Source: Octopus bimaculoides
Lineage: Eukaryota
Length of the DNA: 36,495 nucleotides
Direction: 5' to 3'
Assembly: GCF_001194135.2 (NCBI RefSeq)
Contig: NC_068981.1
Location: 180,043,310-180,079,804 of the forward strand
In this document: piece by piece, positions 23,318 through 35,060 of the stretch
Layout of the letters: every line of letters starts with the position of its first letter
How positions within the stretch are numbered: position 1 is the first letter of the stretch
Program-made: the position numbers and the translations under genes
The notes under the pieces: generated by a model
The model's database searches: none
Told to the model about the DNA's origin: nothing
What the model saw: the letters and a program-made list of their open reading frames with translations, nothing else

Positions 23318-23656
23318 TGTGTGNNNNNNNNNNNNNNNNNNNNNNNNNNNNNNNNNNNNNNNNNNNNNNNNNNNNNNNNNNNNNNNNNNNNNNNNNNNNN
23401 NNNNNNNNNNNNNNNNNNNNNNNNNNNNNNNNNNNNNNNNNNNNNNNNNNNNNNNNNNNNNNNNNNNNNNNNNNNNNNNNNNNNNNNNNNNNNNNNNNNN
23501 NNNNNNNNNNNNNNNNNNNNNNNNNNNNNNNNNNNNNNNNNNNNNNNNNNNNNNNNNNNNNNNNNNNNNNNNNNNNNNNNNNNNNNNNNNNNNNNNNNNN
23601 NNNNNNNNNNNNNNNNNNNNNNNGGGGGGGGGGTGCATACATACACACACAGATAA

Positions 23657-24166
23657 TGATAGACTAAAAGAGTTTTGACTCTACACCTTGGAGCAAAAGC
23701 GGGAAAGATATGCAAAAATTTACATCTGGAAAATCCTAGAAAAACTTGTTTCAAACTTTGGCATTGTCACTTACACAAACAGCAGGTCTGGCCGCTACTA
23801 CATGGTACCAAAAGTCCCAACATTGCCATCAGAGTACAAGGCCAGATACAGCAACACCTTGAGTTTCAAAGGCCCACAGCTCTTCAATATCCCCCCACAC
23901 ACACACACACACACACAAAGCCTGAGAGACCTGGATGCGTGGATACAGGCTTTTTCAAAACAGAACTAAATCTCCTTCTGTCAAGAGTTCCGTATGAACA
24001 TACCTCTAGGCAAGAAACACAAATGCGGGCAGCAACATGAAACTTCCTTATCCACCAAACGACACATATTAGAGGAGGTTTAGTGAAAGAGTAGCAAAGT
24101 AAATGACGGTGCCCCAGCATGGCCACAGTTCTTGGATTCAAACATAAATATTAAAAAATAAGAATA
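23657..24166 (+). mobile_element. 3' end of a CR1-clade LINE with 3' UTR
   Basis: DRLKEF*LYTLEQKRERYAKIYIWKI...GR...NTLSFKGPQLFNIP...LRDL...FKTELNLLLSRVP...RAAT*NFLIHQ (cf. LYSLERRRERY, GP.LFN.LP, FK..LD..L..VPD, RAA.SNSL). Tail at 24105-24166. Confidence 0.85.
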
Positions 24167-24901
24167 CAGCACATTTGTATATACAACATATTTAGGAAAA
24201 TGCATATATGTAAATATACAGCCACATACATATATACATATATATATATGTATATACATATATATACATAATATATATATGTACATACATATATATACAT
24301 ATATATATGTGTGTGTGTATATACACATCTATATATGTAAGTTTGTTTATAGATATAGATATATATATGTGTGTGTATATATATATATATATATATGCGT
24401 GTGTGTGCATATATATATATATATATATTATAAGGTTTTTAAACTTTTAAAATTTCATGTTCAAAAGAGACAGAGACTTCAAATTCGATATATCGATTTA
24501 TTCACCACTCTATGTTAACATTTCTGTGCCAAACTTATCCAGTGACTGGTCCATTGGATTTAGACATTTGGTACTTTTTCAGGAGTGGTTGAAAAATTAT
24601 TATATATATATATATATATATATGTATGTCTAGTATATATGTATATANNNNNNNNNNNNNNNNNNNNNNNNNNNNNNNNNNNNNNNNNNNNNNNNNNNNN
24701 NNNNNNNNNNNNNNNNNNNNNNNNNNNNNNNNNNNNNNNNNNNNNNNNNNNNNNNNNNNNNNNNNNNNNNNNNNNNNNNNNNNNNNNNNNNNNNNNNNNN
24801 NNNNNNNNNNNNNNNNNNNNNNNNNNNNNNNNNNNNNNNNNNNNNNNNNNNNNNNNNNNNNNNNNNNNNNNNNNNNNNNNNNNNNNNNNNNNNNNNNNNN
24901 N

Positions 24902-24961
<60 letters not shown>

Positions 24962-25338
24962 GTATATATTCAGGCATACAGCTGTTTATGTAAGCATGAA
25001 TTGATATGTTATTATGCATGTTTGTGTGGGCGTATGCGTGTGCGCGCGCGTGCGTGTGTGTGTGTGTGTGTGTGTGTGTCTGCGTGTTTCTGTGTGAGCG
25101 CGCGCTCGCGCGCTCGCACAGTAAAGCCTACATGGCATTGCTCTGACCGAGTACACCTCTGACAGCAATAACCTGATACCAGACTCAAACAAGTACTAAG
25201 TTTAGTATGATGGAATTAACTCCTTGAAGACGAAGGGTCAGAATATATATACATTAAACACATGTATAGATTATATACATTAAAGTTATTGTTAATACAT
25301 ATTCAATAGTATGAATATAAATATACAGATATACATAC

Positions 25339-25369
<31 letters not shown>

Positions 25370-25489
25370 TATATATATTGTCAAATCAAGTAAACGCAGA
25401 AGAAAATTAGCAATAACAAAAAAGATGTGAGCGAGGAACGTATTAGTTTGACGCCCACTTATACACAAACACACACAAGCACAAACACA

Positions 25490-25538
<49 letters not shown>

Positions 25539-26179
25539 ACACACAAATATATATATATATATATTTATACTATGATTTTACGCTTATAATATATAATAGT
25601 GAATTGGGCCGTGAGATACTTGTTGATAACGTAAAGCTTTATATAAACTGTTAACCACCAAAACAAAGATAATATGCTGAAGCATTATCTTTTGAAACTG
25701 ATCTTTATTTCTCGTTAGACGTAAAATATAATACAGGCAAAATGTGCTTACCTTTCTTGATAAACATTTCCATATAGATTATCAATATCGAAAATTATTT
25801 AACATAAATAGTCTTAATACTTGTAAGTTTATGATAACAATATTTTATCAAGAATCATTGGATAGTAAAGAAAAAGTATATAATACTATCGGTAGTTGTT
25901 TAAATATATATTTATGCTTTTCTTGCGAGTACAATTCACAGATATTTAGTGCAAATATGCTTTCAAATTCCATTAAGAAGACTAAAACTAGTATGATATA
26001 AACACTGGTATGAGAGAAGGAAAATCTACATTGATCATAACTCCATCTTTCTAGAGCAAATTCAAAATAAACAGAAACATCACATCCTATAGGAAACCGT
26101 ATACGAACTATCATGATATTGTAAGCTATGCATTTCCGAGACCTTTCCTATATCAAACAACGCCTTCACATTTTGACAC

Positions 26180-26345
26180 AAGGCCAGTAACTTCAAGGAA
26201 GGGTGTAAGTTGATTTCATCAACCCCAATGCTCAACTGGTACTCATTTCATCGACCCTAAAACGATGAAAGGCACACAGGGACTTCACTGTAATTGTTTT
26301 CGGAACATAAAATACTTCAAGAAAAGTCGCTCAGCATCTTATATC
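26180..26345 (-). mobile_element. Decayed SINE family 2
   Basis: acaaggccag...ttcatcaaccccaatgctcaactggtactcatttcatcgaccctaaaacgatgaaaggc. Confidence 0.65.
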
Positions 26346-26821
26346 AAATAGTAACATCTAATCAGTCAACTATTTCAGTAAAATATTTGAAACTAATATC
26401 CACTGAAGACATTCTGTCAGATCTCTTTTAATAAAATATAATTAGTCGACGGTCCCTGGTTGAAGTACGATTTTTACCGGAGGTTTATTGTGCGTTCCCC
26501 TATGCATGTCAAAAAGAGTGTTCTGTTTCATGATGGAATTACTACAGAGCAGTGAAAGCTTACAATGGCTTATGTTCCTTTTTTATCATGATTTTTATTG
26601 TCACAAAATATAGGTAATCTCGTATGTCACACAAATTTATTCATACGTATTCGTATTTACACATAGATATACATATGAATATACATATGCGCATATGTAC
26701 CTGCATGCATATAAATATGCTTATATACGTAGACATTAGAAGTATTCGTATACATATAGATATATACATACATAAAAAAATAAATAGGACAAGTTCTGCT
26801 TTTATCATTTTGGTTTTAATA

Positions 26822-26865
26822 TTTGTATAGAAGAGTTCGGTTAAACGAACGAAAGCGCTACTAAA
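26822..26865 (+). ncRNA. Decayed minimal hammerhead-like motif
   Basis: Core UAGAAGA (5/7 match to CUGAAGA). Perfect stem II GUUCG/CGAAC. GAAA 26851-26854. Palindrome AGCGCU. CUA triplet. Stem I imperfect (UUUG.. / CUAAA). Confidence 0.5.
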
Positions 26866-27526
26866 GAATTATCAAAAATTCTGACTGCCTCTCTTTTCTC
26901 AACATCCAATATCTGTACACCATATCAAAGACATTATATATATANNNNNNNNNNNNNNNNNNNNNNNNNNNNNNNNNNNNNNNNNNNNNNNNNNNNNNNN
27001 NNNNNNNNNNNNNNNNNNNNNNNNNNNNNNNNNNNNNNNNNNNNNNNNNNNNNNNNNNNNNNNNNNNNNNNNNNNNNNNNNNNNNNNNNNNNNNNNNNNN
27101 NNNNNNNNNNNNNNNNNNNNNNNNNNNNNNNNNNNNNNNNNNNNNNNNNNNNNNNNNNNNNNNNNNNNNNNNNNNNNNNNNNNNNNNNNNNNNNNNNNNN
27201 NNNNNNNNNNNNNNNNNNNNNNNNNNNNNNNNNNNNNNNNNNNNNNNNNNNNNNNNNNNNNNNNNNNNNNNNNNNNNNNNNNNNNNNNNNNNNNNNNNNN
27301 NNNNNNNNNNNNNNNNNNNNNNNNNNNNNNNNNNNNNNNNNNNNNNNNNNNNNNNNNNNNNNNNNNNNNNNNNNNNNNNNNNNNNNNNNNNNNNNNNNNN
27401 NNNNNNNNNNNNNNNNNNNNNNNNNNNNNNNNNNNNNNNNNNNNNNNNNNNNNNNNNNNNNNNNNNNNNNNNNNNNNNNNNNNNNNNNNNNNNNNNNNNN
27501 NNNNNNNNNNNNNNNNNNNNNNNNNN

Positions 27527-27580
<54 letters not shown>

Positions 27581-28383
27581 GCATATATGTACATAAATGC
27601 ATATGTGTGTGTGACGAATTGGTAATATATACGCATGTGTGTATATAAGTGTGAATATATGTGCGTCCAGGTATATGTACTTATAGATATGCATACTCGT
27701 ATGGTTTTACTTATGAATTCCCCAAATTTTCCAGCAATGACATTCTTTCTTGCATTCATAATTCTGACCAGATTTTTGCATCACGTTTCCATAAATACTG
27801 AACACATTAAGAAAAAAAGAAAGACCTTACTCAATGAATAAAAGATATGTTATTCGCAATCTATCTGAAAGCAAATCACTCACTGTAACTCGATGATACA
27901 ACAGATTATCTTAGTTGTCAGTGGCAACTGATGAAGTTAAACTTGCATAAAATTCTTCGTTCAAAATATGTCTGAAAATTAAATTTTGAATCTACATTCT
28001 ACAGAATTTATCTCTGATTTGTGGGTTAACTACTATGTTGTTAGATATACACATATATATGTACATATATACTAATACTTTGTTGCGTCTAGGGAGAGTC
28101 ATTACATCAATAATAATAACACACGCACAGGTTCAGTTCCACTTCTTTATTATTAGTCGATTGGTTAAATTTCAAGTCAACTTACTGATCTATAATGAAA
28201 CCGTCTTGAATCCAAGATACATACATACATACATACATACATGTATATATATAAAAATGTATGTATGTGTGTATGCCTGTGTGTGCATGTTGTGTGTATC
28301 TTTAGCAAAATACAGAGACAAACCGACAGACAGGCATATATTTATTTATAATGTGATATTGCTATTGGCGGAATCTATAAAAA

Positions 28384-28470
<87 letters not shown>

Positions 28471-28838
28471 ATATATATATATATATATATATATANNNNN
28501 NNNNNNNNNNNNNNNNNNNNNNNNNNNNNNNNNNNNNNNNNNNNNNNNNNNNNNNNNNNNNNNNNNNNNNNNNNNNNNNNNNNNNNNNNNNNNNNNNNNN
28601 NNNNNNNNNNNNNNNNNNNNNNNNNNNNNNNNNNNNNNNNNNNNNNNNNNNNNNNNNNNNNNNNNNNNNNNNNNNNNNNNNNNNNNNNNNNNNNNNNNNN
28701 NNNNNNNNNNNNNNNNNNNNNNNNNNNNNNNNNNNNNNNNNNNNNNNNNNNNNNNNNNNNNNNNNNNNNNNNNNNNNNNNNNNNNNNNNNNNNNNNNNNN
28801 NNNNNNNNNNNNNNNNNNNNNNNNNNNNNNNNNNNNNN

Positions 28839-28878
<40 letters not shown>

Positions 28879-29012
28879 ATATTTTGGACTAATAGGTATA
28901 TGTTGATTAGTGTGTTGAAAGTGTTTGGTAGAGCACTGGCACAGTTTGGGCTGCCTGATGTCATCTGTAATCGGGGTATATCTACTTCAGGAACTCTGCA
29001 CTGTTAGTTGAG

Positions 29013-29570
29013 ATAATAATAATAATTTCTTAGGTAACCAGAAGATGGATTTGGTATTAAGCTTTACTTTGTACAACGGTCGTTTCGACCCATCCTGCTC
29101 CTGTCCATTATGTAGGTATACGCATCGCGACCTAAGCTATTTAGACATTCTACCCTGTATATATCTTTCCCTTCTTTTGCTTGTACTTTCCTTTGTCTTA
29201 AACCCAATGTAACCCAATCCAACCCTGTCCACCCATACACTTCCCCTACAATTTACTTTTATCAACAATTATTTGTCTATATTTACAAATGTTTGCAACT
29301 CTTATAGAAAGATAATAGTAATTGAAAATGGCAGCAAGGTTTCACTCCCTGTCCAGACGGGAATTATAACAACGACAGCCAAAGTTCAGTATCTTTAGGG
29401 AGACAGGACTTTATGTATGGATGTTCCTGATGAGTCCTTGACTGGAAAATAGATGTAACGGAGTCCCACCCATAAGGAACAGTAGCAGAAAGGGTCGAAG
29501 CGACTATTGTACGAAATAAAGATTGACACAAAATCCATCTTCTGGTTACTTAAGAAATTATTATTATTAT
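29013..29570 (+). mobile_element. PLE remnant with inverted arms anchored in (AAT)n/(ATT)n
   Basis: Reverse complement of 29013-29112 matches 29471-29570 (gggtcgaaacgaccgttgtacaaagtaaag...aaatccatcttctggttacctaagaaattatt). Both outer ends run into (ATT)n. Confidence 0.75.
29423..29512 (+). ncRNA. Degenerate type I hammerhead with 63-nt stem II
   Basis: Stem I GUUC/GUAC. Core CUGAUGA 29427-29433. Stem II GUCC/GGUC. GAAG in place of GAAA. The inverted arm (29062-29112, minus) keeps GGUC GAAA CGACCG UU GUAC. Confidence 0.6.
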
Positions 29571-29580
29571 TACTATTATT

Positions 29581-29633
<53 letters not shown>

Positions 29634-29673
29634 TATTATTATTATTATTATTATTATTGTTTTTATTATTATT

Positions 29674-30216
29674 AAGTGAGAGCGCAGTGCATGCCATCAA
29701 AGTGACACTGGGGTAAAATATACAAAGCCCAGTATACCCATCAAGACTACTCGTCTGATAAGGGTACACTAGGCACATGCATCACAACCATGTGTGCGCG
29801 ACATGGTAATCCCATATCAAGATAAACAGCGCATGACCTTGCAGGTGGAGCCCTGTTAGACGATTCTACAGATCGAGAAGCCCATCCTACTCAAAAGTTT
29901 CGTGAATAAGGATTGTTTAAGGATATTAAACAAAACACCCATGTTTCCAAAGGTGAATTATCCAAACCCCAAAGAATTCCTCTCAATACATGGCTATGAT
30001 GCTACCCCACTACTTCTGCTCATGATCAAAGATGCACATATCGTCAGCCACCAAGGGACATGCTCAACTGGTTAAGGTCAAACAACTGACAAGTAATTCT
30101 CTGGTATTGAGCAGAATATTTGCTGTAGCCCATCTTTTATACCAAGACAAAAGAATGTACATGATAGCAGTTAAGATCAGAAGCCATGAGAGCCACTGTC
30201 TGGTACTGCATCAGGG
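29674..30216 (-). mobile_element. Unclassified ~540-bp non-coding interspersed element embedded in (TAA)n
   Basis: Higher-complexity block flanked on both sides by (ATT)n. On the minus strand it ends in a stem-loop (CAGUG-UCA..UGGCAUG-CACUG) followed by (TAA)n. No convincing ORF. Repeat status is from recall only. Confidence 0.5.
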
Positions 30217-30231
30217 AATTTATTATTATTA

Positions 30232-30292
<61 letters not shown>

Positions 30293-30355
30293 TACCACTA
30301 TTATTATTATATATGCATGCATGTATGTATGCGTGCACGCACACACACATGCATA

Positions 30356-31233
30356 CAGGTTGTGTTGGATAAATTATCACCATTTTATATTTTTAATTTC
30401 GCGCTTGTATATTGCTTGTCTTTGATTCTGCCGACTACACAGTATGATAGATCAGGTGGGCACCGTCTGGGAAAAAAACAACGCCGTGATGCAATTCATT
30501 CTGCCAGAAATTTGGAAACGACATGTTGTACGGCTTACCATTTGCTCGGAAGCTCCAATACGAACAGATGGTGAGCACACAGGTCAACTGTTGGCTTGCC
30601 GTCTCCCCAAAACATGTACCGAGAGTGATTAAAATCAAACATCCAATCAACATTATGGTGTTTGGAGTGATCACTAGTGATGGCAACGTTATGTCCGCAT
30701 TCATCTTCCCACACAGCCTCAGATTCAACACAGAGGCCTACATCAAGTGCCTGGAGGAGGTAGTGCTGCCCTGGGTCAAGAGGGCGGCTGCTGAAAGACT
30801 CTATATCTGGCAACAGGACACTGCACCATTCCATACAAGCAGGGGAACCTAGTCATGGCTGTCATATACAATTTCTGTGACCACATTACCCCTAACATCT
30901 GGCGACCTAACCCCCCAGAATGCAACTGCCTTGTGGGGTGCAATTTAGCGAGAGACCAACAAAACCCTTTGTAACAGCAAAGATGAACTGAAGCCAAGGA
31001 TTATGGCAACAGTCACCATTTTAAACAAGGAGACCGTCCAGAAGAGTTGCAGGAAACTCAGAAGTCGTCTGGAGACCGTGGTTGAAACCAATGGCGATTT
31101 TATTGAATAAATTTAGTCTTTAGTATTTCAAGATATTTTAATCTCATTTTCGTAAATATATCTGTTTAAATGAGATGTCAATGTCATTTTCTTCTTTACG
31201 CAATGTAGACGACAGGTTATTCACCGCATCCTG
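30356..31233 (+). mobile_element. Second DD37D (maT)-like transposon with both TIRs, internally deleted
   Basis: TA-caggttgtgttggataaattatc ... gacaggttattcaccgcatcctg (about 23-bp imperfect TIR). HVPRVIKIKHPINIMVFGVITSDG...YIWQQDTAPFH. Removing a 2-nt insertion gives 37 residues between the second D and the expected third D position. Confidence 0.85.
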
Positions 31234-32514
31234 TGTATATGTATATATATATATGTGTGTGTGTGTGTATGTATATATATATATATGTATGTATATATAT
31301 ATATACACATAGATATATATTTATACTTATATATGTATATGTACATGTATATATATACACACACACATATATATACAGATATATGCATATATATATATAC
31401 NNNNNNNNNNNNNNNNNNNNNNNNNNNNNNNNNNNNNNNNNNNNNNNNNNNNNNNNNNNNNNNNNNNNNNNNNNNNNNNNNNNNNNNNNNNNNNNNNNNN
31501 NNNNNNNNNNNNNNNNNNNNNNNNNNNNNNNNNNNNNNNNNNNNNNNNNNNNNNNNNNNNNNNNNNNNNNNNNNNNNNNNNNNNNNNNNNNNNNNNNNNN
31601 NNNNNNNNNNNNTATATATATACACACACACATATCTTGGAGTCAAAATAGTTTCATTATATTCCTGCGATCAGTTCATTGACACAGTTTTATTACTTCT
31701 CAATAGAATTCGGAATTCATGCAGTTGAAATAAATTTGTCAGTGGCGAAACGTTTTGACAGTCAGACTATAGAATGCTATTAGGAAACAACTGCCAAGTG
31801 AATATGACGTCTTTATTTGGATTTTTAAAGTGTTGTCAGGAATCTTTCACAATCTAATTGTTGTTTCATTTGTACAACACAATCTCAAGATCACTTCAAT
31901 AGTCAATCAAATACAACTGAGAAATGCCGAAGCCTTCAACCAGACCGCAAAATCCCTGCAGTATTCTGTTGCTTGTTGTTTAGTAATGTATAGAATATGT
32001 ATAATCTATGTGCGTGTTTATACTGCATGTGTGGATATATGTGTTTTGTTTTACTCAGGTTAATTATATTGTATCTCAGATCACACACTACGTATATTTA
32101 AAAATCACAATTCAGTGTCCCCATGAACCTAGGCACATACATACATGCATACATACATACATACATACATACATGCATGCATACATGCATACATACATAC
32201 ATACATGCATACATGCATACATGCATACATACATACATACATACATACATACATGCATACATGCATACATACATTTAGATGTCTCTCCCCTTTCTGTCTG
32301 CCTCTCTCTCTCACTATATACACACCTACACACCCACACATATGTGTGTATGCGTGTGTATATATAATATATTTATTGTATGTATATACATATATGTACG
32401 TATGTATGTACTACGTACGTATATGCGCGCGCGCAATATATGTATTATTCATATTGACTTATATACTTTATATATATTGTGCATTATATTATTTTATATA
32501 CGGGCGTGCACACA

Positions 32515-32566
<52 letters not shown>

Positions 32567-32736
32567 GCACGCACACACATACACACGTGACCGTTCTCGC
32601 AAACTCTAGGAAATAAATTTGGTAATGGGATGGAATCTTTATATGAAACATATTACATAGAGGATAATTAATTCGAATTTAATGAAGTTTAGTAAAAACA
32701 GCGTTTATTCTACAATGCGTAAAATCATTATCCACA

Positions 32737-33200
32737 GGAGTGGCTGCGTGGTAAGTAGCTTTCCTACCAACCACATGGTTCCGGGTTCATTCCCACTGCG
32801 TGGCACCTTGGGCAAGTGTCTTCTACTATNNNNNNNNNNNNNNNNNNNNNNNNNNNNNNNNNNNNNNNNNNNNNNNNNNNNNNNNNNNNNNNNNNNNNNN
32901 NNNNNNNNNNNNNNNNNNNNNNNNNNNNNNNNNNNNNNNNNNNNNNNNNNNNNNNNNNNNNNNNNNNNNNNNNNNNNNNNNNNNNNNNNNNNNNNNNNNN
33001 NNNNNNNNNNNNNNTATGTATGTATGTGTGTATATGTTTGTGTGTCTGTTTTTGTTCCCCCCAGCATCGCTTGACAACCGATGGTGGTGTGTTTACGTCC
33101 CCGTAACTTAGCGGTTCGGCATAAGAGACCGATAGAATAAGTACTAGGCTTCCAAAGAATAATTCCTGGGGTCGATTTGCTCGACTAAAGGCGGTGCTCC
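32737..33200 (+). mobile_element. SINE family 1, near full length, spanning a gap
   Basis: ggagtggctgcgtggtaag...caccttgggcaagtgtctt...gtcgatttgctcgactaaaggcggtgctcc. Confidence 0.85.
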
Positions 33201-33334
33201 ATTGGCCCACGTCTTTACGATTCATATTAAAGAACGGGATAATCATGGGATATTGATAAAATGGCTTGTTGAAATACAGGTTCAGAATTAAATAATCTGA
33301 GCTATTCTGGGTGCTCCGCTATCCATCGCTAAAT

Positions 33335-33500
33335 TAACAATCCTTTCTACTATAGCCGCAACGCCTGAAATTTTGGTGGATGGGTAAGTCGATTACATTG
33401 ACACGAGTGTTCTCTACTGGTACTTATTTTATCGACCCCGAAAGGATAATGGTAAAAGTCGACCTCAGCGGGGTTTGAATTAAGAACGTGAAAACGTACA
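33335..33500 (-). mobile_element. SINE family 2 (usual tail)
   Basis: cctgaaattttgg...gtcgattacattgac...ttttatcgaccccgaaagg...gtcgacctcagcgggg tttgaatt. Confidence 0.75.
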
Positions 33501-33599
33501 AAATATGTGAACACGCTCATCCTCCTATATCAAAAAATCATCACAGTTTCGACGCTTCTGGGATAATAATGTCGCCTGCGTCGTAAAATTAATCCATTC

Positions 33600-33795
33600 T
33601 TCTATAGGCACAAGGTCTGAAATTTTGGGAGAGGGGACCAGTCGATTATATCGACTCCAGTACGCAGCTGGTACTTATCTTATCAACTGCGAGATGAAAA
33701 GCAAAGCCAGCCTCAGAACTCAGAACATAATGACTGACAGAGAGCTGCCAAGTGCTTTGCTCGGCGTACTATCGGTTATGCCAGCTCGCCGCCTG
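33600..33795 (-). mobile_element. SINE family 2 with head (usual tail)
   Basis: ggcacaaggtctgaaattttggg... through gccagctcgccgcc, the reverse complement of the head ggcggcgagctggc. Confidence 0.75.
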
Positions 33796-34065
33796 CATCA
33801 ATACATTAATAATAAGTATGATTTCTAATAAATGTTTGGAGGAGTGTCAAAAAAGGCAAATATGAGCTCATATATTAAAATGTCACAACATTTGAAATTA
33901 TAGATTTGATTATTACAGACATGGGGAATAGTATAAAGCTGTTCTTTACACAAAATTGAATACATAAACATACACATACATCATCACAATCCAACACCAT
34001 TGTAAAATATCAGACCTTGTTTGACCACACTCTTGCACCAATGCAAAAATATGCCCCAATATGAT

Positions 34066-34070
<5 letters not shown>

Positions 34071-34148
<78 letters not shown>

Positions 34149-34166
34149 TAGAGAGAGAGAGAGAGA
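34071..34166. repeat. (GA)n microsatellite
   Basis: Direct reading. Confidence 0.95.
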
Positions 34167-34280
34167 GGATAGATAAAGAGAGATGGATGGATGGATAGAT
34201 ATAGATGTAGATAGATATGTACATACACACACAGAGAGATAGAGATATACAAACACTCACATACATATCAATACATAAAC

Positions 34281-34319
<39 letters not shown>

Positions 34320-34543
34320 CAGGGGTTCGACAAAATATTGGAAACACCTTAAAATTTCAAACAAATTTATTTTAATATGGGATAGGACCGCCTTTGGCAA
34401 TAATTACACCTTGAATTCTACGAAGTATGGACTCGTACAAGGTTTGTATTGCTTCCAAAGGAATTTTTGTCCATTCTTCAGCTAAAACAATCTCCAGTTC
34501 TTGTAGCGATGACGATGTGAAGCTCCTGGCGAACAGTTTTTGT
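34320..34543 (-). mobile_element. Tc1-like transposon 3' end
   Basis: Minus strand LQELEIVLAEEWTKIPLEAIQTLYESILRRIQGVIIAKGGPIPY*. Terminus TA-caggggttcgacaaaatattggaaacacc. The remainder is lost in a gap. Confidence 0.85.
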
Positions 34544-34867
34544 NNNNNNNNNNNNNNNNNNNNNNNNNNNNNNNNNNNNNNNNNNNNNNNNNNNNNNNNN
34601 NNNNNNNNNNNNNNNNNNNNNNNNNNNNNNNNNNNNNNNNNNNNNNNNNNNNNNNNNNNNNNNNNNNNNNNNNNNNNNNNNNNNNNNNNNNNNNNNNNNN
34701 NNNNNNNNNNNNNNNNNNNNNNNNNNNNNNNNNNNNNNNNNNNNNNNNNNNNNNNNNNNNNNNNNNNNNNNNNNNNNNNNNNNNNNNNNNNNNNNNNNNN
34801 NNNNNNNNNNNNNNNNNNNNNNNNNNNNNNNNNNNNNNNNNNNNNNNNNNNNNNNNNNNNNNNNNNN

Positions 34868-34904
<37 letters not shown>

Positions 34905-34970
34905 CGACAAGACAGTAAAGTTCGAACACAGTAAAGCTGTAAGGACAAGAGAGAAAGATTGAGTTTTTAG

Positions 34971-35060
34971 CCTTATAACCCTATGAGACGGAAAAAAAAT
35001 TGCCAGTAGGTGGCTACGGGACTCGAAGTCGCATCCCTCCGTCTTGAAAGGTTATAAAGG
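34971..35060. other. 90-bp fold-back cassette (possible MITE or structured RNA)
   Basis: CCTTATAACC/GGTTATAAAGG outer stem, AGACGGA/TCCGTCT second stem, inner hairpins GCCA/TGGC and GGGA/TCCC. Confidence 0.5.

Noticed and set aside
25745-25830. Minus-strand donor-like caagaaag/gtaagc
   Set aside because: All frames hit stops before any acceptor AG.
31735-31765. UGUCAG...GAAACGUU-UUGACA
   Set aside because: The core and stem II are absent entirely.
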